DNA from: Naegleria gruberi
Taxonomy: Eukaryota
NCBI GenBank assembly: GCA_000004985.1
Contig: GG738885.1
Strand: one strand, 5' to 3'
DNA: 64,000 nucleotides
Below the pieces are notes generated by a model. It ran no database searches. It was given only the letters and a program-made list of their open reading frames with translations, and was not told where the DNA came from. Below, in pieces: positions 31,901 to 39,912 of this stretch; positions within the stretch are counted from its first letter, which is position 1, and every line of letters starts with the position of its first letter. Made by a program: the position numbers and the translations under genes.

Positions 31901-33272
31901 AGGGTTGAATTGCAATTTCGTATGGGTAATTGAGTGAAACATCGGTGGCCAGTAATCCATCAATATTATTGTCGAAACCTGCAACTCCTTTTCCTGCCAC
32001 TTGTTTTAGTACTCCATTTTCAATCTTTACAATTCTGTGATTATAGGCATCAGAGAAGAATACTTCATTCTTTGAATTGGTGGCCACTCCATAGGTATAT
32101 TTAAGTTTGGCAATTGTTGGCTCTACGTTATCTATTGGAGAGGTTGATTCTTCAACATTCGAATAACCTGCAACCAAAGTAACTATTCCATTAGAATATT
32201 TCAATAACCTGTGGTGATTCGTATCAGAAATAAATAATTCGTTTTGATTATTCAACAAAATTTGAGTTGGATTATTGAGTTGAGCAGAAGTTCCTGATAT
32301 ACCATATCCTGTATTGAATCCTCCTCCAACAATTGTTTCAATCAATCCAGTAGTAGCAGATACTTTCCTTATCCTATGATTTCCTTTATCCACAATATAG
32401 AGATCTCCACTATCCGAAACTGTAATACCTGTTGGAAAATTTAGTTTTGATTCAGTTGCATTTATCGAGTCTTGATTGTATCCACATTGCCCTCCTACAC
32501 CAGCAACTGTTCCAATAATTCCCAAATTCGAAACCTTTCTAATCACACAATTAAACGTGTCAGCAATATAAATTTCACCTGAATTGCTCACATAAACACT
32601 GGAAGGATATCTCAATGAAGCAGAAGTTGCTTCTCCACCATCTCCACTATATCCCGCTACAACATTTCCTGCAACATTCGAAACAGTTCCATTTGCAATC
32701 ACCAACTTTCGAATCAATGAGTTGGATTCGTCTGCAAAATATAATTCTCCCTGGCTAGAGAATATTTCAGTGTAGAATAAACCAATAGGACGATTCAATG
32801 CTGTTAGAGTTCCTTTCAGATTATTTCCATTGTACAAACCAGTTATACTGGTCCCTACTACCTTGTTCGAAACTCCATTTTGAAATTTGTGAATTGCATT
32901 TAAATATTCATCAGAATAATAGATAATATTGTTGGGGGTTACGGCAATACCTGCCCATTGAACACCAATATCCGAATAAACAACTTCATAAAAATTAGTG
33001 TTCATCGAAACCTTTCCGATAGTTTTTACATCATGAATAAAGTACATGAAACTTGAATCATTTGATAGAGCCATTTGAAGTGGGTATTCCAGAAGGATAT
33101 CCACTGCCTTTGTTGTGGTAGATTCCTCTTCCACCAGAACTGAAATCTCATAACTTGCAGATTTCGTCTCCACACTTGTATTATTCGAAACTAACTGACC
33201 CACACATAAACCAACCATAAAACACCACAACAATACCGCCAACAACATAACAACCCTCGACTTGAAATTCAT
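28965..33272 (-). CDS. Receptor-like protein kinase: signal peptide, about 14 NHL repeats, EGF-like Cys-rich module, single TM, C-terminal Ser/Thr-type protein kinase domain (1435 aa, single exon)
   Basis: Signal peptide MNFKSRVVMLLAVLLWCFMVGLCVGQ. Repeated NHL signatures (...YIADTFNCVIRKV, YIVDKGNHRIRKV, FISDTNHHRLLKY, FFSDAYNHRIVKI, FISDTHNHRILRV, IVSDTFNHRIRKV). EGF-like CIPICFGKTEDGACGGANQGQCISPNTCSCQKNWNGTQC. TM IILIATLVPILSILLILVLIAIIIVIAVVVL. Kinase motifs IGAGGFGSVFKC, HRDIKPSNIFI, DFGLA, SPE. Confidence 0.8.
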   Translation of the reverse strand: MNFKSRVVMLLAVLLWCFMVGLCVGQLVSNNTSVETKSASYEISVLVEEESTTTKAVDILLEYPLQMALSNDSSFMYFIHDVKTIGKVSMNTNFYEVVYSDIGVQWAGIAVTPNNIIYYSDEYLNAIHKFQNGVSNKVVGTSITGLYNGNNLKGTLTALNRPIGLFYTEIFSSQGELYFADESNSLIRKLVIANGTVSNVAGNVVAGYSGDGGEATSASLRYPSSVYVSNSGEIYIADTFNCVIRKVSNLGIIGTVAGVGGQCGYNQDSINATESKLNFPTGITVSDSGDLYIVDKGNHRIRKVSATTGLIETIVGGGFNTGYGISGTSAQLNNPTQILLNNQNELFISDTNHHRLLKYSNGIVTLVAGYSNVEESTSPIDNVEPTIAKLKYTYGVATNSKNEVFFSDAYNHRIVKIENGVLKQVAGKGVAGFDNNIDGLLATDVSLNYPYEIAIQPSTQDLFISDTHNHRILRVDSTSGRIYRFMGSGIPGYNGEGSDLLNLQLNNPQGLSFSGDILIVSDTFNHRIRKVFNSTSSTILGTQFGGKEPPSTLVLSDIMLKFPRFALLKGTILAVADTKNYLIRDFDISTQSVYGNSQTLSTIHTPTSIVYTNANEKYYVNAFGHYVLDISIKQQKLIGTLTKGFLGDYQSGTLARMRYPHSFCLDNNGDYIIGDTLNSVIRKYSTNSTIFTTIAGFGTRRLPDRIVNDPKGKKIIVGVSLASTGDFYVTDITYNRIIKGNVAQKTFNTYAGPFLGGINMAEGSISSFKMQTPTAVFSHNDNLYVIDNSRLLKYSKDGNVKTLFSSFTIVKDFIHVDSSGKIYFMDAVQSTTTYLYVGFENNFQVYSGNGTDDTSDGIDRSLVGIYKPAGLFFHEQKSELYFSDIYRIRKFSKEGTISTIAGLKGSNGYSGENVNAASSTLLTSPKSIFVNTIGEVFFIELSRVRKISTNGTLFTIAGNGSNILSSPTMYPTNTSIGTPISLSFNSKTGVFAMIELRKRVTLMSPYCSDNFSVSSIDATICIPICFGKTEDGACGGANQGQCISPNTCSCQKNWNGTQCEINSNTSVEESTTRIILIATLVPILSILLILVLIAIIIVIAVVVLCKKKKKQSNSSIATVSDVELKNSNLSTLDISTTTGTFSDYPDEVSYFFKTSTNVRSVKSGSSSSITDAFNPLSRYSNLQKIGAGGFGSVFKCLDQNNNPRVLKAMRFNSYSELSLFMKEGLQLLNMNHPNIVKVNDLFIDQEELLFIEMDYYEKGDLSYLLKNPEFCTEEILRQIIEQMGRALDFIHNEKKLIHRDIKPSNIFIKEISNTNIQIVLADFGLARDNSTSNKSYAGTPLYCSPELGLGSNYGPETDIYSLGVTLYQLISKDVSTSISHYFLTKNEEQVEEILKNQMNTGSGNKYSAELITQITEMVRRDPSKRPKPQDFCNHK

Positions 33273-33600
33273 CTTTTGTTTTGTGCTGATTTTTTGTGTT
33301 TAGTTTATTACCGAGGCGTTGGGCTCTTTTGAGTTCATGATGCACAACAACTAAAAATCAAGATCCAAGTTTGTGTCGTGAAAGATGCACTTACTATGTG
33401 GACAAAAGGATAATTGTGTTTGGTAGGTGGTAACATTTTGAATTGGGATGTCTTTCACTTTATTTTTTGGCGGGAATTTAATTTGGTCTTGGCATTGCGT
33501 TTTGGTTATCATGATATTGTAATCGATTTATCCATTTCATCTTGAAAATTCAACATGATGAATGAGAGAACTCTAGTTTGTTATTTTTTTATCTAATTCC

Positions 33601-34224
33601 TTATTTGGAACTTTCAATTATTAACATTTCTACAAATTTTTCATAATTAATCTTTCCACTCGAGTAGGGATCGAGAATGGTTAACAATTTGGTGTATTCC
33701 TCGTGTGAAATAATTGATTTCGAATAGGCGAAATGGGTGGAATGTTCTGAGTTTTCTGAAGGTTTGGTGAGTGGACTGAATTCGAATAAATATCTTTCTA
33801 AATCTTGAATGTAGATGAACCCTCTCTGAACTGGTTTGCCATTAGATGGTTTTTCCGAAAGTATTCTAAAGGATTCCAATAATTGTTCTCTTCCAAAATC
33901 TAGTTCTGGTTCATCATGAATCAAGTGGAGAAACTGTTTGAAATTTATAGAATCTACTGGCCCATCCATCCTTCCCAAACCAAGAGAAGAGAAACTTTCG
34001 TGAATGTTTCGAATAATTGCTTTCAATTCCTCATTCGAAATCTTGTATCCTATTCTTCTAAATAAACTTTTTAAATCCTTCATGGTCATCCTCTGTTGAT
34101 TTATTGGTTTCACTGGTTTCTTCTCATTGTCCGTGTTTCGAACAAGTAAATGAAACAAGGCAATCGAGTCATTCATTTCACTTTCAGATAATGTCATTGC
34201 ATCAATTATTCTTGTTGGAGCCAT
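33601..34224 (-). CDS. EF-hand-like (calmodulin-fold) protein, 207 aa
   Basis: Paired helix-loop-helix segments (MTMKDLKSLFRRIGYKISNEELKAIIRNI; ILDPYSSGKINYEKFVEMLII) resemble degenerate EF hands. Confidence 0.4.
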   Translation of the reverse strand: MAPTRIIDAMTLSESEMNDSIALFHLLVRNTDNEKKPVKPINQQRMTMKDLKSLFRRIGYKISNEELKAIIRNIHESFSSLGLGRMDGPVDSINFKQFLHLIHDEPELDFGREQLLESFRILSEKPSNGKPVQRGFIYIQDLERYLFEFSPLTKPSENSEHSTHFAYSKSIISHEEYTKLLTILDPYSSGKINYEKFVEMLIIESSK

Positions 34225-34700
34225 TTTTTATAATACTATTAATTTTAAAGTATTCAATTCGAGATCTCTTTCAATGCCTTTAAATATATTAAATTTGGAT
34301 TTTTTTCACAATTCCATCAGAAACTGTCAACCCTCAAAAGAGATAACTGATTATTTAAGTTATGCACATTCCCTTGTTCATTCTCCTAAATATGTGTTAT
34401 TACTCAATAGTTTACAAAAGTTGTGTTGAAAAATGAAAATTAATTGAAGACTGCAAGAATCCTCTACAGTACAATGATCACAATGGACTTTGTAAACAGA
34501 TGCACAAATATGAGAAGTTTCAAAAGGGTATGAGAGGACAAAAGGATTAAAAATCGATCAACCAATAGGAATTTTTCTCTGGTCAACCTTACTCATCCAA
34601 AAGGAGTTTTTTTAACCCTCACACCAACCATATACGATTCTTTAAAACTCCTTTTGGCTCCACAGCAATTTGTTGCTACAGATAAAAAAACACTTTACTC

Positions 34701-35027
34701 ATGGCCATTCTAACTAGCAGAGTTTTTCAACTCTCAATGTCAATACTGTCAAGTGTCTTTGCGTTGTTTGTTGGCAGTTTGATAGCTGTGGTTGTTATTG
34801 TAACTTTAAAGTCAACTAATCAGTATGGAATACCTTCTTCGATTGCTTTAGGATTATTTTCCTTGTTGTTAATATCCATAGGTTTCTCTTGTCTGGTAAT
34901 TGGTATTCGAAACTATTTGAAAAACAAGGAATTAAACTCTGAAAATCAGGATAATTCGAAAGTCATTGTCATTAACGATTCCTGTCTAATTGCTCCAATT
35001 AATTATATGGCACATGCTAAAATTTAA
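34701..35027 (+). CDS. Small putative membrane protein (2 TM helices), 108 aa; weak call
   Basis: ORF with two long hydrophobic segments. No homology recognised. Confidence 0.25.
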   Translation: MAILTSRVFQLSMSILSSVFALFVGSLIAVVVIVTLKSTNQYGIPSSIALGLFSLLLISIGFSCLVIGIRNYLKNKELNSENQDNSKVIVINDSCLIAPINYMAHAKI

Positions 35028-35109
35028 CTCTTCCTAACACAAATAAACTAACCTGAACAATTTCTTAAATAATCCAATACATGCATGTTAAATAAACCCA
35101 AAAATCAAT

Positions 35110-35330
35110 TAAACTCAAAAACACAAAAGCGAAGGTGTTATCACCCACTGGTAACAGAACCTACAGAAATCGAACCAGATGAATGACACTTTCCCCCGCC
35201 CTTTAAGAGTAGTGGTATTTCATTAACGCCATAAGCTCCCACCTATTCTACACCTCTATAATAAGCAAGATGTTTGCTGTGTGATATCTATGCGGTTCTG
35301 TCAAATTTTAATAGAGTATTGTGGTATGAG
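35110..35330 (-). other. LSU rRNA-like fragment (domain IV, bacterial/organellar type, compact); probable rDNA or mitochondrial-rDNA-derived pseudogene fragment (NUMT-like)
   Basis: Minus strand reads ...TATAGAGGTGTAGAATAGGTGGGAGCTTATGGCGTTAATGAAATACCACTACTCTTAAAGGGCGGGGG...GTTACCAGTGGGTGAT.... It matches the conserved 23S/28S blocks GUGUAGGAUAGGUGGGAG and GAAAUACCAC(C/U)... and the GGUGGGUAGUUUGA region. Spacing is much shorter than in cytosolic 28S. No flanking rDNA. Confidence 0.5.
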
Positions 35331-36081
35331 AACTGATCCTCAAAGGAGAGAATGTGTTGGTTGTGGTTTTGAAAATATGAAGCAATATTATTTCATTTCA
35401 GTTCTGAAATTGATCTTCTAATAGATTTTAACTAAATTATGATTTTTAAAAAAATGAAGAGAGTGAGTATTGACTGAATTTGGATGTGTATGTGGCTATT
35501 TATCAACATAAACTCATAATTCAAATTTATGGTATTGATTATTGAATATTGGGTGGAATGGATTAAGTCTTGTTAGATACCAAAACTCTTTGGATACATT
35601 GTACTTTTTGGAACTAATCTTGAGAAACAAATTGTTAACAAGAAAATTCATATCAAGCTAAGAAGTATCAACACTAATCTCCACAGATAAAGCACTCAAT
35701 TGCATCGAAGTGTTCCCATTAGACAAAAGGATAACGTTATCCAAAAAATACTTTACAATAATCGAGAAGCAACTCCTCTCAACAAAAACCAATAACAAAT
35801 CCTAGTAATATTGTATAAACAGTAAGATTCCCTATCCAACCATCTGTTAAAAGCTTCTCAAATGATAATGACAACCCTTTTAACAATGAAAGATCTTAAA
35901 CTATTCGTAAGCCACGTGGAGTTGAATTTTTATTTTAAAAAATCAGAAGAAAAAAATTTGCTAATCTTCTCTCCGCACGGACAACAACTTTGGTTCTTCT
36001 CCACAACCCGACCAAAGAAAACAAATAGATTGTTTTGATCATCAAAAAAGTTTCTTTTAGTTTTTTATAAACAAGTGTGTA

Positions 36082-37908
36082 ATGAGAGCAAATTCTAGAT
36101 TCGTGTTTGCCTTGTTGCTTGTTTTGTTTCTTGTTCCTTTTATTTTGGAATCAATAGACCAAACAGCATCGAGCCTTTTAACAAAATCAAATAGTAATAT
36201 TAATCGTTATGAATCAACCTCGATTTCTTCATCATCAATTTTTGTAGAGGCCCAAAGAAGAAGACGAAGACTCAACAAGATTTTAAAGAAGAAGAAGAGA
36301 TATGAAGAAGAAGAAGACGATGATGATGACGAAGATGACGACAATCAACAACAACAACAACAACCACCTCAACAAGTCGACCAAGATGATGAAAGTTCTG
36401 GCGACAATGATAGTAGTAATGATAAAGTTGTAATGGAAAAACACACTTTCAGACCACCTTTCCTCTTTGGTGGACAACAATCTGTTCCTCATTGGGAATA
36501 TGGTGGAAGTTCTATTGCTACTGAATCTTACATTAGAGTTGTTCCAAACATCAAGTCTAGAACTGGTTATTTGTGGAATCTTGAACCTGTTCACATGAAG
36601 AGTTGGCAAGTTGAATTTGATATTCACATTCACAATAATCATAATCCTGGTGCGGATGGTATGGCTTTCTGGTATGCCAAAGAGCCATTCAAGACTGGTA
36701 CTTTAATGGGTTATACTGATAGTTTTGAAGGATTGGGTATTTTGTTTGATACCTATGACAATAACATGGATGGTGATAATCCAGCTGTTATTGCTATTTC
36801 CGGAAATGGTCAACATGTTAACTATGATGTAGATCATGATTTCAAGGCTAATCAATTGGACCGTTGTCGTGCTGATATTAGAAATCCAAGTGCTGGAAAG
36901 ACTTCAGTTCGTGTTACTTATCAAAATTCCATGTTAGGAGTTTATTTGGATACAGCAAACTCTGGTAGCTTTGTTAAATGTTTTGAACTTAACAATATTC
37001 ATTTGAAGGAAGGATTCTACTTTGGTCTTACTGCTGCTACTGGTGGTTTGGCTGATAATCATGATGCTTTGAACTTTATTACTTATGATCTTAATCCTGC
37101 CCCAGTTTCAAATGAAGGAATTCAACCACCATCTCATCATCACAGAGGTTGGTACGATCCATATGAGGAATTCCAAAAGTATCTCGATAAGCAAAAGCAA
37201 GACGAAGAAGCCATGAATCATGGTAAGCCAGCCGAACATCATCAACAACAACAACAAGTCAACTTGCAACACGAAGTTCATAGTGAAATTGAAAGAAAGA
37301 AGAAGGAAACTGAACAAGCTTGGGAGGAAGAACAAAAGATCTTTAATCAACTCAAGGAAAAGATGAAACATGTAGATGAAAGCCAAGATGCAAGCTCAAA
37401 GGATCAACCACCAGTTCAACATCATGAAGGTGGTCATGTTACCTTTAATATGCAAACTGGTTTACTTATTTTGGAAGCTCTCGAGGAAGTTACCAGAACT
37501 ATTAAGAAGTCATCTACTAAGAGCGATATTATTAATATTTTGGAATTTGTTAATGAAGTTTCAAAGAAGCAAGAAGAAGTACAAGCCAAATTTACTGAAT
37601 TCAGTGAAAATACCAAGAGAGATGTTAGTGGAACCCTTCAAGAATTGAAGAGAGATACTGATACATTGAATGTTCAATTACGTAAATTGGATTCTCTCAT
37701 TACAAACATCTATAATGATGTCAACAATATTCAACGTTCTCATGGTGAAATCCACTCTGGTATTTCCAAGCAAACAGAATCATTAGGAGAAATGCAAAGA
37801 TTTGGCAATGGATGGCTGTTGGTCATTTTCATCTTATTCCAAGTTGTTTTTACTGTTGGTTTCATCTATTATAGAAAGTTCCAAGAAAGTAAGAGCAAGT
37901 TCTACTAA
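36082..37908 (+). CDS. ERGIC-53/LMAN-like L-type (legume-like) lectin cargo receptor: signal peptide, L-type lectin domain, coiled-coil stalk, TM, short cytosolic tail
   Basis: The lectin domain HWEYGGSSIATESYIRVVPNIKSRTGYLWNLEP...GADGMAFWYAKEPFKTGTLMGYTDSFEGLGILFDTYDNN matches ERGIC-53/VIP36 (DGLAIW...GLGV(F/I)(V/F)DTY). TM GWLLVIFILFQVVFTVGFIYY followed by RKFQESKSKFY* (di-aromatic ER-exit-like C-terminus). An unusual acidic/poly-Q insert follows the signal peptide. Confidence 0.75.
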   Translation: MRANSRFVFALLLVLFLVPFILESIDQTASSLLTKSNSNINRYESTSISSSSIFVEAQRRRRRLNKILKKKKRYEEEEDDDDDEDDDNQQQQQQPPQQVDQDDESSGDNDSSNDKVVMEKHTFRPPFLFGGQQSVPHWEYGGSSIATESYIRVVPNIKSRTGYLWNLEPVHMKSWQVEFDIHIHNNHNPGADGMAFWYAKEPFKTGTLMGYTDSFEGLGILFDTYDNNMDGDNPAVIAISGNGQHVNYDVDHDFKANQLDRCRADIRNPSAGKTSVRVTYQNSMLGVYLDTANSGSFVKCFELNNIHLKEGFYFGLTAATGGLADNHDALNFITYDLNPAPVSNEGIQPPSHHHRGWYDPYEEFQKYLDKQKQDEEAMNHGKPAEHHQQQQQVNLQHEVHSEIERKKKETEQAWEEEQKIFNQLKEKMKHVDESQDASSKDQPPVQHHEGGHVTFNMQTGLLILEALEEVTRTIKKSSTKSDIINILEFVNEVSKKQEEVQAKFTEFSENTKRDVSGTLQELKRDTDTLNVQLRKLDSLITNIYNDVNNIQRSHGEIHSGISKQTESLGEMQRFGNGWLLVIFILFQVVFTVGFIYYRKFQESKSKFY

Positions 37909-37935
37909 GGTATTAAATAAATAATTTACTAAAAA

Positions 37936-38721
37936 TTACAATTCTAGCTCATCAAAATCAGTCCATACTGTAATATTTAACCTCCGTAAGAATGAAGAAA
38001 CAAGTCTTACAAATGGTCTAATCACATCATGTAATTCATTACTATAGAGAACAATTGCCAATAATAAGAGAATCAATAAAAGAGCAATATTCAAACTAGG
38101 TATCATGTCAGCTACAACTCCTTTAGTTTCCTCTTCTTTCAATAATAAAGTTGCTCTTCTTAAGCCTCTCTTTCCAGGATCTTGGAGTGGTTCATAACAA
38201 GGAGGCATAGATCTTACAGACATGGTTGTTCTAGTTGTTCTGGTAGTTCTTGTTGTTCGTCCTGAAATAAAGCTGTCACTAGGTGATTGCAATAGATTTG
38301 TTCTATCGGATCTATTAGATGTGAAAGATGTATTAATTGTTGTGCTAGTTTTGTTTGTGGCAAATGATGTGTTAATAGAAGTACGGGTTGTGTTAAAACT
38401 ATTGTGAAGAGGTTGTTGTTGAATCTGGTCATCATCGGCATCCTCCGGATAGTCTTCATAATCCAAAATATCTTCATTTCCATCCCCAAATGGATCTTCT
38501 TCAGTTTCACCGAATGGATCATCAAGAATAACTTGTTCTTCTTCATCATATTCACCCTCCTCTAATTCTTCTTGATAATCTTGTGAGTTGGCATATTCTT
38601 GAGCTGTAATAAATTTAGTTTCTCCCTTTAGATTGTAGAATGGTGATGTTGGGGTTTTCAGTTCTGAATCATCACTTGTAAAACTAATATCTTTTTGTGG
38701 TGTCGAGTTTTGTTGAGACAT
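37936..38721 (-). CDS. Hypothetical acidic protein with DPFG motifs, S/T/N-rich region and a C-terminal TM segment (tail-anchor-like)
   Basis: 261-aa ORF. Acidic DPFGETEEDPFGDGNEDILDYEDYPED. C-terminal IPSLNIALLLILLLLAIVLYS. Converges with the ERGIC-53-like gene (28-bp gap). Confidence 0.4.
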   Translation of the reverse strand: MSQQNSTPQKDISFTSDDSELKTPTSPFYNLKGETKFITAQEYANSQDYQEELEEGEYDEEEQVILDDPFGETEEDPFGDGNEDILDYEDYPEDADDDQIQQQPLHNSFNTTRTSINTSFATNKTSTTINTSFTSNRSDRTNLLQSPSDSFISGRTTRTTRTTRTTMSVRSMPPCYEPLQDPGKRGLRRATLLLKEEETKGVVADMIPSLNIALLLILLLLAIVLYSNELHDVIRPFVRLVSSFLRRLNITVWTDFDELEL

Positions 38722-38809
38722 TTTTTAATTTAATAAATAATAATATTCTGGCGCCAAAGATTTTGATGATTAGAACCTTCTGTAATTATCAATTAAACAA
38801 AAGATAAAA

Positions 38810-39789
38810 ATGAAGAAGCAGATGGTATCTTCAGCCTCTTCATCCAATGTGATTAGTACTCGAAAAGAAACCTCCATTAAATTAAAAACAAATACAAAGC
38901 AATCAGAAATTCGACAATTAATCAAAGATGACAAAATTCGGAAAGATAACCAAAGTTTGTTGGTTCGGAATCATCAACAACAAGCACTAGTTGCTATTGA
39001 TGATCATCGATGTAATGGAGGTCCCCTCATTGTTTCTCATTCATCAAATGAACAATCTGAAATGGCATTGGAAAATAACAAATCAAATTTTCACATGAAT
39101 GCTCTTCAAGGAGTAATTCATAACATTCAATTCAATGGCTTAACTCCCACTTCGCAATCAGTAATGGATGGACAAATGGAAGCAGCCTTATTTTCCATTG
39201 AATCAGGTCTTTACGGTGTATGGAGGTCAAATAGAAAAGATGAAAAATTTGGAACTATTCAAGATTGTTCAAGGATTGGTCCGAATTCTACATGTTTTTG
39301 TGGTCATTCCCTCAAGGAACATTTCAAAAAGGGGCACAACTATAAGGTAGATCAATGTTTATCATGTAAGGAATGTAAACGATTCGAATTTATTCCTACA
39401 ACTCCTGAGGAAATTGGAGAAGTTTGGCTTGTGAGAAGAAGTAACTGTAAGTAATTACTGTAAGGTTTAAAGAAATTAATGGAATGAACCAAGTTGATGC
39501 AAGCAAATTCTCCGTAAAATGCAAATGCAAACATACATTTAAGGATCATCAACCAAACGGCTCAAAACGATGCAAGCATGCCTCATGTAAATGCCAAATG
39601 TTTAACAGTGATTTCCTTTGTGTTGTTTGTGATGGTCATTTCGAGGAGCATGAGACTGTCTTTGAGACATCCAAAGAGAGGAAAGAGATGGGACTTCCTG
39701 TTGGACAAGATTACATTCCCTTTGCAGAGGTTAAGGAACTCCAAAATGTTGTTTTTAATTCCGGAACGAATGTACCAACAAATCGGTAG
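38810..39789 (+). CDS. Cys/His-rich putative zinc-binding protein; ORFs 38810..39454 and 39484..39789 are probably exons of one gene joined by a 47-nt intron (about 39447..39493)
   Basis: Both parts carry CxCxH(x4-6)H...CxxC...C modules (CFCGHSLKEHFKKGHNYKVDQCLSCKECKRF; CKCKHTFKDHQPNGSKRCKHASCKCQMF...CVVCDGHFEEH). GTAAGT donor at about 39447 and ...ACCAAG acceptor at about 39493 keep the frame. Confidence 0.45.
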
Positions 39790-39912
39790 AAGTGCACCTT
39801 ATCTGGAGCAGCTCTCCTATTTACCGGAGCTTGTCTCCGTAAAACTCCTGCTGACAGCTATTTATACCAACTGGATCAACATGTTAATGATATCCAACAA
39901 CAAAAAAACAAA

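Noticed and set aside
38214-38555. ORFs 38214..38555 - and 38222..38407 + inside the 37936..38721 gene
   Set aside because: Alternate-frame and antisense readings of low-complexity T/R-rich and acidic coding sequence. The 261-aa minus-strand ORF is the coherent model.
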